DNA of 64,000 nucleotides from Babesia bigemina (Eukaryota): NCBI RefSeq assembly GCF_000981445.1, contig NC_027217.1, positions 1,984,001 to 2,048,000 of the forward strand, read 5' to 3'. Shown piece by piece: positions 9,428 to 21,692 of this stretch (position 1 is its first letter; each line of letters starts with the position of its first letter). The notes under the pieces were generated by a model. It saw only the letters and a program-made list of their open reading frames with translations, ran no database searches and was not told where the DNA came from. The position numbers and the translations under genes were made by a program.

Positions 9428-12049
9428 ATGTCGCTCCAAATGGGCTTCGTGAAGAAGCTGGAGATCCGCAAGGAGAAGGTGAAGTGCGTGGATCTCCACC
9501 CTTCGGAGCCCTGGGTCGTTTCCGGCCTGTACAGCGGCACCTGCACGATCTACAACTTCCAGAAGCAGACGCTGGTGAAGCGAGTGGAGGTGTGCAACTC
9601 CCCTGTACGATGCTGCAAGTTCATCGCGCGGAAGCAATGGCTGATCGCCGCCGGCGACGAGATGTGTATCTGGGTGTACAACTACAACTCCCTGGAGAAG
9701 GTGGCCGCCGTGGAGGGCCACACTGACTACGTGCGCTACCTGGACGTCCACCCTACGCTGCCGTACGTGCTGAGCTGCTCGGACGACATGACGGTTTCGC
9801 TGTGGGACTTCGAGCGCGGCTGGGAGCGGCTGTGCGTGTACGAGGGCCACCAGCACTACGTGATGATGGCGCGCTGGAGCCCGAAGGACGTGTACACGTT
9901 CGCGTCGTGCTCGCTGGACCACACCATCAAGTTTTGGGGCGTCTCTCCGGACGTGATGGACCGCCGCCACAGCAACCAGCCGTCGCCGAAGCCGTCGTTC
10001 ACGCTGAAGGGCCACACCCGCGGCGTGAACTGCATCGAGTTTTCGACGATAATGTCGAACCCTTACATCATATCGGGTGGCGAGGACACCACCATTCGCG
10101 TCTGGGACTACCAGACGAAGCTGTGTCTGCAGGTGCTGAACCACCACACGCAGCCCGTGACCTGTGTGCTGCACCACCCGCGTCTGCCGCTGATCGTGAC
10201 CGCCGGCGAGGACGGCGACCTGAACCTGTGGCACAGCAGCCTGTACAAGATAAAGCGCAGCATGAACTTCTCCATGGGCAAGATATGGAGCGTCACGAGC
10301 GACAACAGCAACCTGGCCGTGGGCAGCGACGAGGGCACCTTGGTGGTGCAGTTCGGCGGCGAGCGCCCGCTGGTGTCCATGCACGCGAACAAGCTCGTGA
10401 TGGTGCACTCGTTCGACATCGTGAGCTGCAACCTGAGTTCCGCCACCGTGGTGGACGAGGACAGCGCGGGCAAGCCGCTGGCGCTCGACTTCCGGAACAT
10501 CGGCCGCTGCGAGTTCTTCCCGCAGTCCGTATCGCACCACCCCAACGGCCGTTTCATCTGCCTGTGCGGCGACTCGGAGTACGTAATCTACACGGCGCAG
10601 GGCATGCGGTCGAAGACGTTCGGCAAGGCCATGCACGTGGTGTGGTCGTTTGAGGGCCACTACGCAACGTGGGACGGCAACACGATCACCGTGCACTACG
10701 AGTTCGCCCCGACCCACACCATCCAGCCCAATGTGAGTGTGCTCGGTCTCCACGGCGGGCGCCTGCTCGGCGTGACCTCCAACAGCAGCGTCCGCTTCTA
10801 CGACTGGAAGACCGGGTACCTGGTCCGCACCATCGACGCGCACGTGTCCGACGTCTGGTGGAACGTGAGCGGCACCAAGGTCGCCGTGGGGTGCATGGCT
10901 AACTGCTACATCCTCAAGTACGACAGCGACGCGCTCGCAGCCGCCATCGAGAGCAACGAGTACGACGCCGCCAACGGCGTCGCGGCCGCCTTCGAGATTG
11001 AAGGCGAGATCATGGAGCGCGTGAACAGCGCGACCTGGGCCATGGACACGTTCGTGTACATCACCGCCGGGCTGCACCTGAACCTCTGGACCGCGGGCGC
11101 CAGCGAAATCTTCCACTACCTCGACCGGCCTCTGCACATGGTGGGCTACTCTGCGCAGAACGGGTGCCTGTACCTGTGCCAGCAGGACGTCGTCGCCATC
11201 CCGCTTCCGGTGGACTACCTGAGCTTACACTCCCTCGTCGCGTCCAAAGCCGAGGCGATGGCCCAGGGCAGGGCGTTCGCGGACTTGGACAGGCTGGATG
11301 CGCTCATTGGGGGCTTCGAGGGCAGCATGAAGGAACGCGCGAGCAAGTTCCTGGAGTCGGTGGGCGACTTCGAGTTGGCGCTGCGCACCTCGGGGGAGGA
11401 GGAGCACCACTTCGAGCTGTACCTGAAACTGGGCAAACTGGACGACTGCATCCGCATCCTCCACGAGCTGCAGGCTAAGCAGGTGGAGAAGTCGCGCGAG
11501 GACACCATGCGCGCCAAGTGGAAGCGCCTCAGCACCTACTGCCTCGAGCAGAACGACTACGAGAAGGCCGTTGACTGCCTGGTGCGCTGCTGCGAGTACT
11601 CGTCGGCGATGCTGATCTACGTGGCCATGGGCGACCGTGACGGCCTTGCGAAGATCGCAGAGCTGGCAACGAAGGACGGCGAGTCCAACGTGGCGTTCAC
11701 CTGCCACTACATGTTGAACAACGTGTCGCAGTGCATCGAGCTTCTGCAGCGGTCCAACCGCCACAGCGAGGCCACCCTAATGGCCCGCACGTACAAGCCG
11801 TCTGCGCTGTCCGATTGCTTCGCGAAGTGGAAGAGCTCACACAACCCGAAGTTCCCCACCCTCGGCGAGCCGGAGGAGGACCCCGCCGCTTTGGAGATCG
11901 AGTCGCTGCTGGCCGAGCGCCTGCGCATCGGCTTCCCCGCCGCCAGCGAGTACCCCAAGCTGAAGGAGGCCGTGCACGTCGACTTCGGCCGCGGGGACGA
12001 CAGCGTGGACAAAGGCGCGCTGAGCTCCAGCTGGGAAGCTGGCATCTAA
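9428..12049 (+). CDS. SEC27: Coatomer subunit beta-prime (COPI)
   Basis: KVKCVDLHPSEPW start, WD40 repeats, FPQSVSHHPNGRFICLCGDSEYVIYTA, then an alpha-solenoid; 873 aa, single exon. Confidence 0.97.
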   Translation: MSLQMGFVKKLEIRKEKVKCVDLHPSEPWVVSGLYSGTCTIYNFQKQTLVKRVEVCNSPVRCCKFIARKQWLIAAGDEMCIWVYNYNSLEKVAAVEGHTDYVRYLDVHPTLPYVLSCSDDMTVSLWDFERGWERLCVYEGHQHYVMMARWSPKDVYTFASCSLDHTIKFWGVSPDVMDRRHSNQPSPKPSFTLKGHTRGVNCIEFSTIMSNPYIISGGEDTTIRVWDYQTKLCLQVLNHHTQPVTCVLHHPRLPLIVTAGEDGDLNLWHSSLYKIKRSMNFSMGKIWSVTSDNSNLAVGSDEGTLVVQFGGERPLVSMHANKLVMVHSFDIVSCNLSSATVVDEDSAGKPLALDFRNIGRCEFFPQSVSHHPNGRFICLCGDSEYVIYTAQGMRSKTFGKAMHVVWSFEGHYATWDGNTITVHYEFAPTHTIQPNVSVLGLHGGRLLGVTSNSSVRFYDWKTGYLVRTIDAHVSDVWWNVSGTKVAVGCMANCYILKYDSDALAAAIESNEYDAANGVAAAFEIEGEIMERVNSATWAMDTFVYITAGLHLNLWTAGASEIFHYLDRPLHMVGYSAQNGCLYLCQQDVVAIPLPVDYLSLHSLVASKAEAMAQGRAFADLDRLDALIGGFEGSMKERASKFLESVGDFELALRTSGEEEHHFELYLKLGKLDDCIRILHELQAKQVEKSREDTMRAKWKRLSTYCLEQNDYEKAVDCLVRCCEYSSAMLIYVAMGDRDGLAKIAELATKDGESNVAFTCHYMLNNVSQCIELLQRSNRHSEATLMARTYKPSALSDCFAKWKSSHNPKFPTLGEPEEDPAALEIESLLAERLRIGFPAASEYPKLKEAVHVDFGRGDDSVDKGALSSSWEAGI

Positions 12050-12263
12050 ACATTGCACCAATGCGCAATCGTAATGAATTGTTTCATATGTACTACCGAG
12101 CAGCTAGCGTAGTATGCATTTCGGCCTAGCGCCTAGTGGTCAACGCGGCGGATACCAGCACTGCTGACCATCCAACTGCAGTCTGACTTACACCAGCACG
12201 TTTCACCGGCACCCACCGACCACGCCCGCTGCTGTATCACCCATAAGCTGACTAAACATTAGC

Positions 12264-12692
12264 TCATCTGTTGTGTAGGACGCTGAGAATCTTCCTGATC
12301 ATCTTAGGGTTCGTGAGCTGCACTGCTCGCCTCAGCCTTCGTTTTGCGCCCTGGTTCTTCTTTCGCTGGAGGTGGCTCCTGCCAGCTCGTTTGTACATGA
12401 TTTTGCCGGTGCCCGTGATTTTGAAGCGTTTTGCGACCGACTTGTTCGTCTTGGGCTTGATCCTGAACTGGCCTGCCGCCGTGAGCTTCAGCTTGTGTGG
12501 TCTCCGCGCGAAGAGCGGCACATTTCTGGCCGCCTTCCTCGGTTCGATTGAACCCCCGTAAATTATGTATGCGGCTAGTGTGGTGTCTGCGCGCATGTTA
12601 CGCTCAGAACTGCGATAAGCGTCGGCGGTCGTTCCAAACTGATGCTGTGCGACGAGTACCGAAGCCGCCACTAGAAAAGGTAGGCTCCGCAT
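12264..12692 (-). CDS. rpl35: Apicoplast-targeted 50S ribosomal protein L35
   Basis: KPKTNKSVAKRFKITGTGKIMYKRAGRSHL bacterial-type L35 core, preceded by a signal peptide and a basic transit peptide. Confidence 0.9.
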   Translation of the reverse strand: MRSLPFLVAASVLVAQHQFGTTADAYRSSERNMRADTTLAAYIIYGGSIEPRKAARNVPLFARRPHKLKLTAAGQFRIKPKTNKSVAKRFKITGTGKIMYKRAGRSHLQRKKNQGAKRRLRRAVQLTNPKMIRKILSVLHNR

Positions 12693-13348
12693 CACCGCCG
12701 CTGCGATAGGTGTGCATCGTGTTGGCTACTTTAGACCGGGGGTTTCATTTGGAGGTTTACAGTGCCGTGCAGCGTACGCTTGTGATCCCCCATCTGCCGT
12801 CGCGTCCATTGAGCTTTCCCGACCTTCCATGGGGATTTCACACATAATAGCATCTACACTGCCCATATAGTTACGCTTTGTGCCAGGTGTGTGTAATAAT
12901 ATCGCTGATCGCCGTGCTGGACACCGCATTCCCTGGGTTCAGCAACGTTTTTAACGTTGTCACTTCAAGAGCGCTTCTACACTCTAATAAAGTCACTAAT
13001 GCCTCTACTTAGCAATTTATGTGTGTGATGTGCCCTCCGAAGTTCCACGGCGCTCCGCTGGTACACATGCCACTGCAACGGTGCCTCGTGCTGCGTTGAA
13101 CCAGTGGATCGGCTGAGCCGTGCCATGCGCTGAAACCGCACAGTTCAGTCAATAAGAAACTCTAGGTGTAACTGATTCGTGCGTGTGAACTAATTCTGCA
13201 TTTTTCCAGACCGTAACTCTACTGTGTTTTGCATGTGCTTATGCTTTTAGCGCACGCTTACGCGCTTCTATTGGCATCGAACTCACGCCTGCCATAACGC
13301 TCACCAGTTAGCAGCGTCCTGTACAAGTAAATTAACACCGACTCCAAC

Positions 13349-14161
13349 ATGGCCAGTGTCAAGAGGGGAAGCTGGGCAGGCTCCAGCCTATTCTGCCGTG
13401 CCATCGGGTGGACCTCCCTGCTTTTGGCGCTCATCTCCTTCTCAAGCGTGAGCAACTGCGTTACGGTGAGACGCTCCATCCTGAAGAAGACGGTGGCCCA
13501 CACTACTGGGCACACGTCCATCGGAGACATGCCGTCCACCGACACATACCCGGTCGGCAGTCTGCCCGAGGCAAAGCTGGAGGAACAAGCCGCAGCCAAC
13601 ACCATCAACAAGTACAAGGCCAATGCGGCGCGTGACGAGCAGGATGACAATGACGACGAAGAGCAACAGGCAAACGACGATTCCTCAGAAGTCCCTAGGC
13701 TCTACGAGGTTTCAAGCAGCGAAGGCGAAGGCGAAGGCGACGAACTCAGTGAACCTGATGCCACTGCCGACAACGCGCTCGACGGAGACAATGACAATGA
13801 CAATGCCAACGATGCGGCGGATGACGGGGATGATGGGAAAGACGGAGATGATGAGAATGTGGACAGCGCCGACGTCCCCAAGTCCTACCTGGAGCAGGAC
13901 TCCCAGCGCATACTCAGCCTTCCCAACCACCCGAACATCCACCTGCTTGGCCGCGAGTACGAACCCCCGAGCAAGCACCCGAAACTCCAGAAGGTCCGCC
14001 GCGTCGTGAGGGGCATGTCGAGGCTGGGAGCTGAGTACGCCCAGAAGGGTCTGAGAACGGCCCGCGACGTGTACCGACAACACGCGCCCATAATCGCCGA
14101 CAAGGCGAAGAAGGTCGCTAAGAGGTTCAAGAACTTCGTCACTAAGCGCAATCGCGAGTAG
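13349..14161 (+). CDS. Secreted hypothetical protein with acidic centre and basic C-terminus (270 aa)
   Basis: Hydrophobic signal (WTSLLLALISFSSVSNC), D/E-rich middle, K/R-rich helical tail, coding-type GC3 bias. Confidence 0.75.
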   Translation: MASVKRGSWAGSSLFCRAIGWTSLLLALISFSSVSNCVTVRRSILKKTVAHTTGHTSIGDMPSTDTYPVGSLPEAKLEEQAAANTINKYKANAARDEQDDNDDEEQQANDDSSEVPRLYEVSSSEGEGEGDELSEPDATADNALDGDNDNDNANDAADDGDDGKDGDDENVDSADVPKSYLEQDSQRILSLPNHPNIHLLGREYEPPSKHPKLQKVRRVVRGMSRLGAEYAQKGLRTARDVYRQHAPIIADKAKKVAKRFKNFVTKRNRE

Positions 14162-14378
14162 ACGACGCCACCTCCCGACGCTAGACGTAAAATCATGACA
14201 GCAACCGAAATAGGGCCATGTGCAACTTTCAGGCAGCCCCGCACGGCGCGCCTGCCCACTTGAGTAACACAGTCTAATAACATAGGTGCGTAAATGGGGT
14301 GTCCGTTGCGCGCGGTCTGCGGCCTTCGCCGGCCGATGTGCCCGCAGTCCCGACGCACTGTCGGCGTTGATTAACAAA

Positions 14379-15974
14379 ATGCCTTCGGACGATTCGTCTG
14401 TGTCTACACAGGCGCCGCCGGGCGACTTGGGGGAGGTCGGCGGCGCGGCGGTCGCGCCTTCGCGGCTGCGCCCCGTGGCCGGTAGAATATTTTCGCGGGC
14501 CGCGACTTTGTCTAAGGTGGACGGTCTGAGCGATTCCGTGCTGGAAGGCTTGAACAGCTGGTACCAGGAGGAGTGGCGGGTGGTACACGCGTCGCGCTTC
14601 GCGATATGCCCTCAGCTGACGGACAGCCTGAAGCGCCACTTCGCGTCGCGGTCTTCTCCGTCGCTGACTGCGGAAAGTGTGGAATCGTTCCTCCGCACGA
14701 TGTCGCTGCTGTACTACGGGCTGCGGAGCGACTCGAGTCCGTCGGGCGACGTGTCTAAGAACAAGTTCTTCCAGCGGTACTACTACACCTCCCGCGAGAA
14801 CGCCGCCGCTCTAAACTCGCCCATCGTGATGAGCAATTTCGTGTGGGCGTGCCACCGGTACATGCGCGACGAATTCGCCAACACCTGCTTGCTGGACATC
14901 CTGCTGCAAGCGTTCCCCGCTGCGCTGGAATCCTTCGTGCGTTTCGGGGGCGTGGTGTACCTGAAGTCCGCGCTGGACTACCTGGCCGCCAGCGGTAAGC
15001 TGCGCTCGAGCACCAACTACCTGCTGAAGGCGCTGGCCCTGCTGAACAAGCTCGACATATCGTTCCGCACGCTGCAGACGTCGCGCATCGGCATCCCGAT
15101 AAACGGGATCGCCACGGGCGGTAAGAACGTCAAGATGGGCATTGACTACGAGTGCGAAAACGACAATGTGAAGCTGAAGGCCACCGACTTGATAAAGAAG
15201 TGGAAGGCCATCCGTGATGCGTCGCAACCCATGAAGGTGGAGCCCGACCCACGTCGTCAGGTTCGTCGGACGCCGCCAGCGCAGGCTAACCCGGCCGTGC
15301 CAGCGCCCGCTAGGCCGGCCCAGGTAACAGCTGTCGCCGAGCGCAAGGCCGATGCGCCGGCGTCGCGGCGCCCCGAGCCCGCTCCCGCGCCGGGGTCGTT
15401 CGTGCTGAACATTTTGGACAGTATGGTTGAGCAACGCGAGAAAGAGCGCAAGCGCAAGCTTGCGATGAAGGAGGCGCAACGGAACGGGTTGTTTAAGGTG
15501 TCGCGCGTTAGTGAGTCGGAAGGCACGTCCAGGCCGGAGGAGGCTCCACCGGCGGCCAGTGTGCAGCCCGGGGCCGCGCCGTCCAATCCGCCGGGCGCCG
15601 AAGGAGGCACCGGCGGCGGAGAAGACAAGGTGGCTGAGAGCCGTAAGGAGCTGCAGTCGCTGATGAACTTTTTCAAGAGCTTCAAGCCCCAAATCGCCCC
15701 TCCGCACAGCTCCGGAGAGAGCCCGCAGAGTAGTTCATCCGACGCTCCCGTCTCTTCACTACCTAGTGCCTCGTCCTCGGCTCCTCACAGTGGCGATCGA
15801 ACCGGCTTAAGTGTATCGAGCAATCACATTACGCATATGAACGGTGTGGCCGCCGGCACCAACTCTCCGCGCCCAGCGGCTCCGCCTCCGCCCCCTCCAA
15901 GCTTCCACCTCGGTGCCGCGGCCGCCTCCGGAAGTGGTTCCATGCCCCCAGTGTGCGTGCCTCCGTGGAAGTAG
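14379..15974 (+). CDS. TFIIS N-terminal (LW) domain protein with Pro/Ser-rich tail
   Basis: ALALLNKLDISFRTLQTSRIG...KATDLIKKWK matches the TFIIS-N helical bundle pattern; first ATG in aaaATG context at 14379. Confidence 0.7.
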   Translation: MPSDDSSVSTQAPPGDLGEVGGAAVAPSRLRPVAGRIFSRAATLSKVDGLSDSVLEGLNSWYQEEWRVVHASRFAICPQLTDSLKRHFASRSSPSLTAESVESFLRTMSLLYYGLRSDSSPSGDVSKNKFFQRYYYTSRENAAALNSPIVMSNFVWACHRYMRDEFANTCLLDILLQAFPAALESFVRFGGVVYLKSALDYLAASGKLRSSTNYLLKALALLNKLDISFRTLQTSRIGIPINGIATGGKNVKMGIDYECENDNVKLKATDLIKKWKAIRDASQPMKVEPDPRRQVRRTPPAQANPAVPAPARPAQVTAVAERKADAPASRRPEPAPAPGSFVLNILDSMVEQREKERKRKLAMKEAQRNGLFKVSRVSESEGTSRPEEAPPAASVQPGAAPSNPPGAEGGTGGGEDKVAESRKELQSLMNFFKSFKPQIAPPHSSGESPQSSSSDAPVSSLPSASSSAPHSGDRTGLSVSSNHITHMNGVAAGTNSPRPAAPPPPPPSFHLGAAAASGSGSMPPVCVPPWK

Positions 15975-16239
15975 TCATGTTTGGCGTCATTCGGTTCTCT
16001 GTTACGGCGGTCAATGCCACAGAGCGTTGCCCTTGCTGGCAGCTACGACAGATTGTAAGTTAAATATTTAAATCGGCATCTAATTTTGGTGGTATTTATC
16101 GTTCATGGCGTAGCTCGGTTGGCTTTGGGGGCTGCTCCCGGCCGTAGAATCGCGCGCCGCGGCCCGGTGTGCCCGTGACGCGCGCAACCACTCACTTTTA
16201 CCTGCCGCATCGGCGTTTTGTGTGTCTATAAGCTGCCGT

Positions 16240-17601
16240 ATGGTGGACAGCGACGGGAAGGACGGGGCCGGCAATTTGCCGCCGGTGCTGCCGTTCGCGC
16301 CGATGATGATGAACATGATGCCCGGTCCGATGATGCCGCCGTTCCCGATGGGCGTCCCGTTCCCCGCCGGTATGATGCCAGGGGCCGTTCCGGTGGGAAT
16401 CAAGAAGCGCGGCCGGTCCCGGCGCAAGAACGACGCGTTCGGCCGCCGTACCGGCGACAGCACGAGCGGCGCGAAGGACCACGAGGAAGGCCGCCAGGAC
16501 GGCAAACGCGGCGAAAAGCGCTCATTCATCTCAACGCGTGGCCGTGAGCGCATCCAGAACGACTACAACCAGCGTTTCGTGGAGACTGGCGAGCGGCCGC
16601 AGAACTTCGTCCGGGACGTGGGCGAGGGCAAGCGCTTCGGCGAGTACCCGAAGCTTGACCGCCTGTCCAATCTGAAGCGCGAGATCATCACGAAAAGGGC
16701 AACGCCGGCGCGCCACATTCGCGCCGACCTGCGAACGTTCGACTTCGACAGCCTGCGGGTGCTGTTCGACGTCGTTCTCATAAACCCCCCGTGGCGCACG
16801 TTCAAGATGCGGGAAATGAACCAGAACTTCGGCTGGACGCTGGAAGACCTCATAGAGCACGTGCCGGTGGACAAGATCGTGGACGCGATGTCGTTCTGCT
16901 TCATTTGGTGCGACTCGTACACCCTGGACGATGCGCGTAACGCGCTCCGCCACTGGGGCTTTCGGAAGTGCGAGGACATCTGCTGGCTCAAGACCAACGC
17001 GAATTGGAGCAGCCTGGACCCGTACGGCGACACTACGTCGAAGGTCCGCGACCTGGACTCCATCCACCCGCCTGCGCTGCTGCACAAGACGACCGAGCGC
17101 TGCCTGGTCGGGCTTCGCGGCCCCGTGCGCCGCAACGAGGACGACTACTTCGTGCACTCCAACCTGGACACCGACGTGATAATATCGGAGGAGCGCGACC
17201 CGCGCGAGCGGCTGCGCATGGAGCTGGAGCTGCAGCTCGACGAGGGAGAGAACATGCAGATGCAAATGGACACCTATCTCACCAATCTCAACCCCAAGCC
17301 TCACGAGATTTTCGACATCATCGACCGGTTCTGCCTGGGCCGCCGCAAGATCGAGCTGTTCGGCAGCGACTCCTCCATTCGCAACGGCTGGGTCACTGTG
17401 GGCCCCGCGGTGTCCACGACCAACTACAACGCCGATGAGTTCCTGAAGTGGACTTCGGGCAGCGGCTGCTGGCCGCAAATCCAGGACTACCGTGGCGGCC
17501 GTTTGATGGGCACCTCGGAGGAGATAGAGAACCTGCGCCCGAAGTCGCCGGCCAAGCTGTCAGGGAAGGATGCGAGTGAGCTGCGTGACGCTATTGTGTG
17601 A
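16240..17601 (+). CDS. METTL14: MT-A70 family m6A methyltransferase subunit, METTL14-like
   Basis: NDYNQRFVETGERPQNFVRD...FGEYPKL, WGFRKCEDICWLKTN, HSNLDTDVII, FCLGRRKIELFG and EIENLRPKSP are METTL14/MTB signatures. Confidence 0.93.
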   Translation: MVDSDGKDGAGNLPPVLPFAPMMMNMMPGPMMPPFPMGVPFPAGMMPGAVPVGIKKRGRSRRKNDAFGRRTGDSTSGAKDHEEGRQDGKRGEKRSFISTRGRERIQNDYNQRFVETGERPQNFVRDVGEGKRFGEYPKLDRLSNLKREIITKRATPARHIRADLRTFDFDSLRVLFDVVLINPPWRTFKMREMNQNFGWTLEDLIEHVPVDKIVDAMSFCFIWCDSYTLDDARNALRHWGFRKCEDICWLKTNANWSSLDPYGDTTSKVRDLDSIHPPALLHKTTERCLVGLRGPVRRNEDDYFVHSNLDTDVIISEERDPRERLRMELELQLDEGENMQMQMDTYLTNLNPKPHEIFDIIDRFCLGRRKIELFGSDSSIRNGWVTVGPAVSTTNYNADEFLKWTSGSGCWPQIQDYRGGRLMGTSEEIENLRPKSPAKLSGKDASELRDAIV

Positions 17602-17952
17602 GGATCTCCGACCACGCCACGGTGGACACACACGCGATCTACTGAGAGGCTGCGTAGCTACGCTACGCGCAAGATTCCTTAGCGAATCACCGTTGCCGGA
17701 CCGCGGTACTTTGGCCTTCTCCGTACATTACACACTTCCCCGGCCCCACAACTATCTGGGCATTTCATCGCTAAGCCGCGCCGCCCTCCGGCCGCAACTT
17801 TTATAAAATTGGCGTGTCAACTTCCTTTCCGAGTTGGCGCGTTTTGCGTGTTATTGCACCTAATTCTGTCCTCAGAGCCGGGCCGTTGCTTCGCACACCG
17901 CCGGGCATTCACTACCTCCACTGGCTGTCTAAACAACGCTAGGTCATTCACC

Positions 17953-19822
17953 ATGCCTGCTGAACGTCAAATTGCGCTCCCGAGCGACCATCTTTCGCTG
18001 AAGGATGCCGACCCCGAAATTTACGAGCTCCTCCAGGAGGAGCGCCAGCGTCAGCGGGATTCCATCAATTTGATCGCATCGGAGGTGTGTTGTCCGTCTA
18101 TTATTGCGTAATGGCAAAACGTGTATTATGTCTGTTGTATTTCAGTGGAGAAGGTTGAGGTTAGCTCCGTGTGCGTTGCTGTGACACCTGACTTGTCTAC
18201 CTCCGCGGCGGCCGTTCCATGTGTGCATAATGCCTGTCACGCCGTTCGCGGTTGCAGTGGCGCCATGTTATCGTTTAGTGCTTGCGTGTATCGAGGTGTT
18301 GCTGTCTGTTTGCGGTTGTAATCACCTGCGTTCAGAACTTCGCCAGCATTGCATGTATGGAGGCCACCGGTTCCGCGTTCACCAACAAGTACGCCGAGGG
18401 CTACCCCGGGCGCCGCTACTACGGCGGGTGCGAAGTGATCGACAAGATGGAGACTTTGTGCATCCAGAGGGCGCTTAAGGCGTTCCACCTGGACGAGGAG
18501 GAGTGGGGAGTGAACGTGCAGCCCCTGTCAGGAAGCCCTGCCAACATGGAGGTCTACGTGGCCCTGCTTGAACCCCATGACAAGATTATGGGCCTTCGTC
18601 TGGCCTCTGGCGGCCACTTGACCCACGGTTTCCACGTGGGTAAGAGGAAGATCTCTGCGTCGTCGATCATGTTCACGCCGCTGCTCTACGACATTGACCA
18701 GAAGACTGGCCTGCTGGACTACGACCAGCTCGAGGCGCTCGCCAAGGCGTACAGCCCGCGTCTGATCATCGCCGGCGCCTCCTGCTACAGCCGTTACTGG
18801 GACTACAAGCGGTGCCGCGAGATCGCCGACAGCGTGGGCGCGTACCTGATGGCCGACATCGCCCACATTGCGGGTCTGATCGCCGCCGAGGAGCACCCGT
18901 CTCCGTTCGAGTACTGCCACGTGGTGACCTCAACTACGCACAAAACCCTGAAGGGCCCGCGTTCCGGTTTGATCTTCTACAACAAGAAGTTGGACCCCAC
19001 CATCGGCGACAAGATCAACGCCGCAGTCTTCCCCGCGATGCAGGGCGGTCCTCACAACAACACCATCGCCGGTCTGGCCGTTCAGCTGAAGACTGTAAGT
19101 TTGCGTGCCGTGCGTGTTCATCACCAGTGGTGTGCGTTAACGCCCCCGTGCCACGTCGTTGTCACGGTCTACGATGCATGATGGTACCAACCGTTTCGTA
19201 TGTGTAACCGGATAACGGTGTAATCAACTCCATATACGGCGCAACACCATGATGCCTCGTGGTTTGCTGCGTCGGCGCCGCGTTTGACTGTTGACACTCT
19301 CACATTCGCGTTAGGTGATGTCCCCTGAGTGGAAGGTGTACGTGAAGAAGGTCATCGAGAACGCACGCGCCCTGGCGTCCGAGTGCCAGAAACGCGGCTT
19401 CGAGATCGTCACCGGCGGCACCGACAACCACACGGTGATCGTGAACGTCAAGCCCTTCGGCGTGAACGGAAACAAGGTCGAGCACATCTGCAACGCCAGC
19501 GGCATCACCTTGAACACGGCCACCGTGCCCGGAGACACCACCATGCTGAACCCGTCCGGAGTGCGCCTGGGCAGCCCCGCCATGACATCCCGCGGCGCCA
19601 CCCCCCAAGACATGGCCGTCATCGCCGAGTTCATCCTCGAGGCCACGCGCATCGCTCAATCGCTGCAAGGTGAGTGTGGAAGTCGCCGTTTACACGTGTT
19701 TTGCAGAGGCTCACGGCGCCAAAATGGACGCTTTCAAGGCCGGCGCAGCTGGCGACGAGCGCGTTGCCGAGCTCCGCCGCAAGGTCACGGAGTGGGTCCG
19801 CGAGTTCCCGATCATCGGTTAA
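17953..19822 (+). CDS. SHMT: Serine hydroxymethyltransferase (4 exons)
   Basis: Exons 17953-18084, 18336-19094, 19315-19669, 19707-19822; [40 protein letters not shown] (PLP lysine), QGGPHNN. Confidence 0.97.
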
Positions 19823-20033
19823 ATGGGCGGCCGGCGCGGCCGAATCAGCCTTCCGGGCTGTCACGTTACACGCACTGTATAATATCCGTTCTAGTCTCAG
19901 TTTTGTTCTCTGGCCGCCGTCGTCCCGCGTGTCTTAGATGCGCCGTCCGACTCCCCATATGTAGCCTACGCAGGGGCGGCCTTCCCTCGCGCCTCATCCG
20001 CCATAAAAAAGCGGTACCACTGTTTGCCGTTGA

Positions 20034-21692
<1,659 letters not shown>

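Noticed and set aside
9290..11137. 615-aa antisense ORF
   Set aside because: Shadow of the GC3-rich COPI beta-prime gene; no protein-like motifs.
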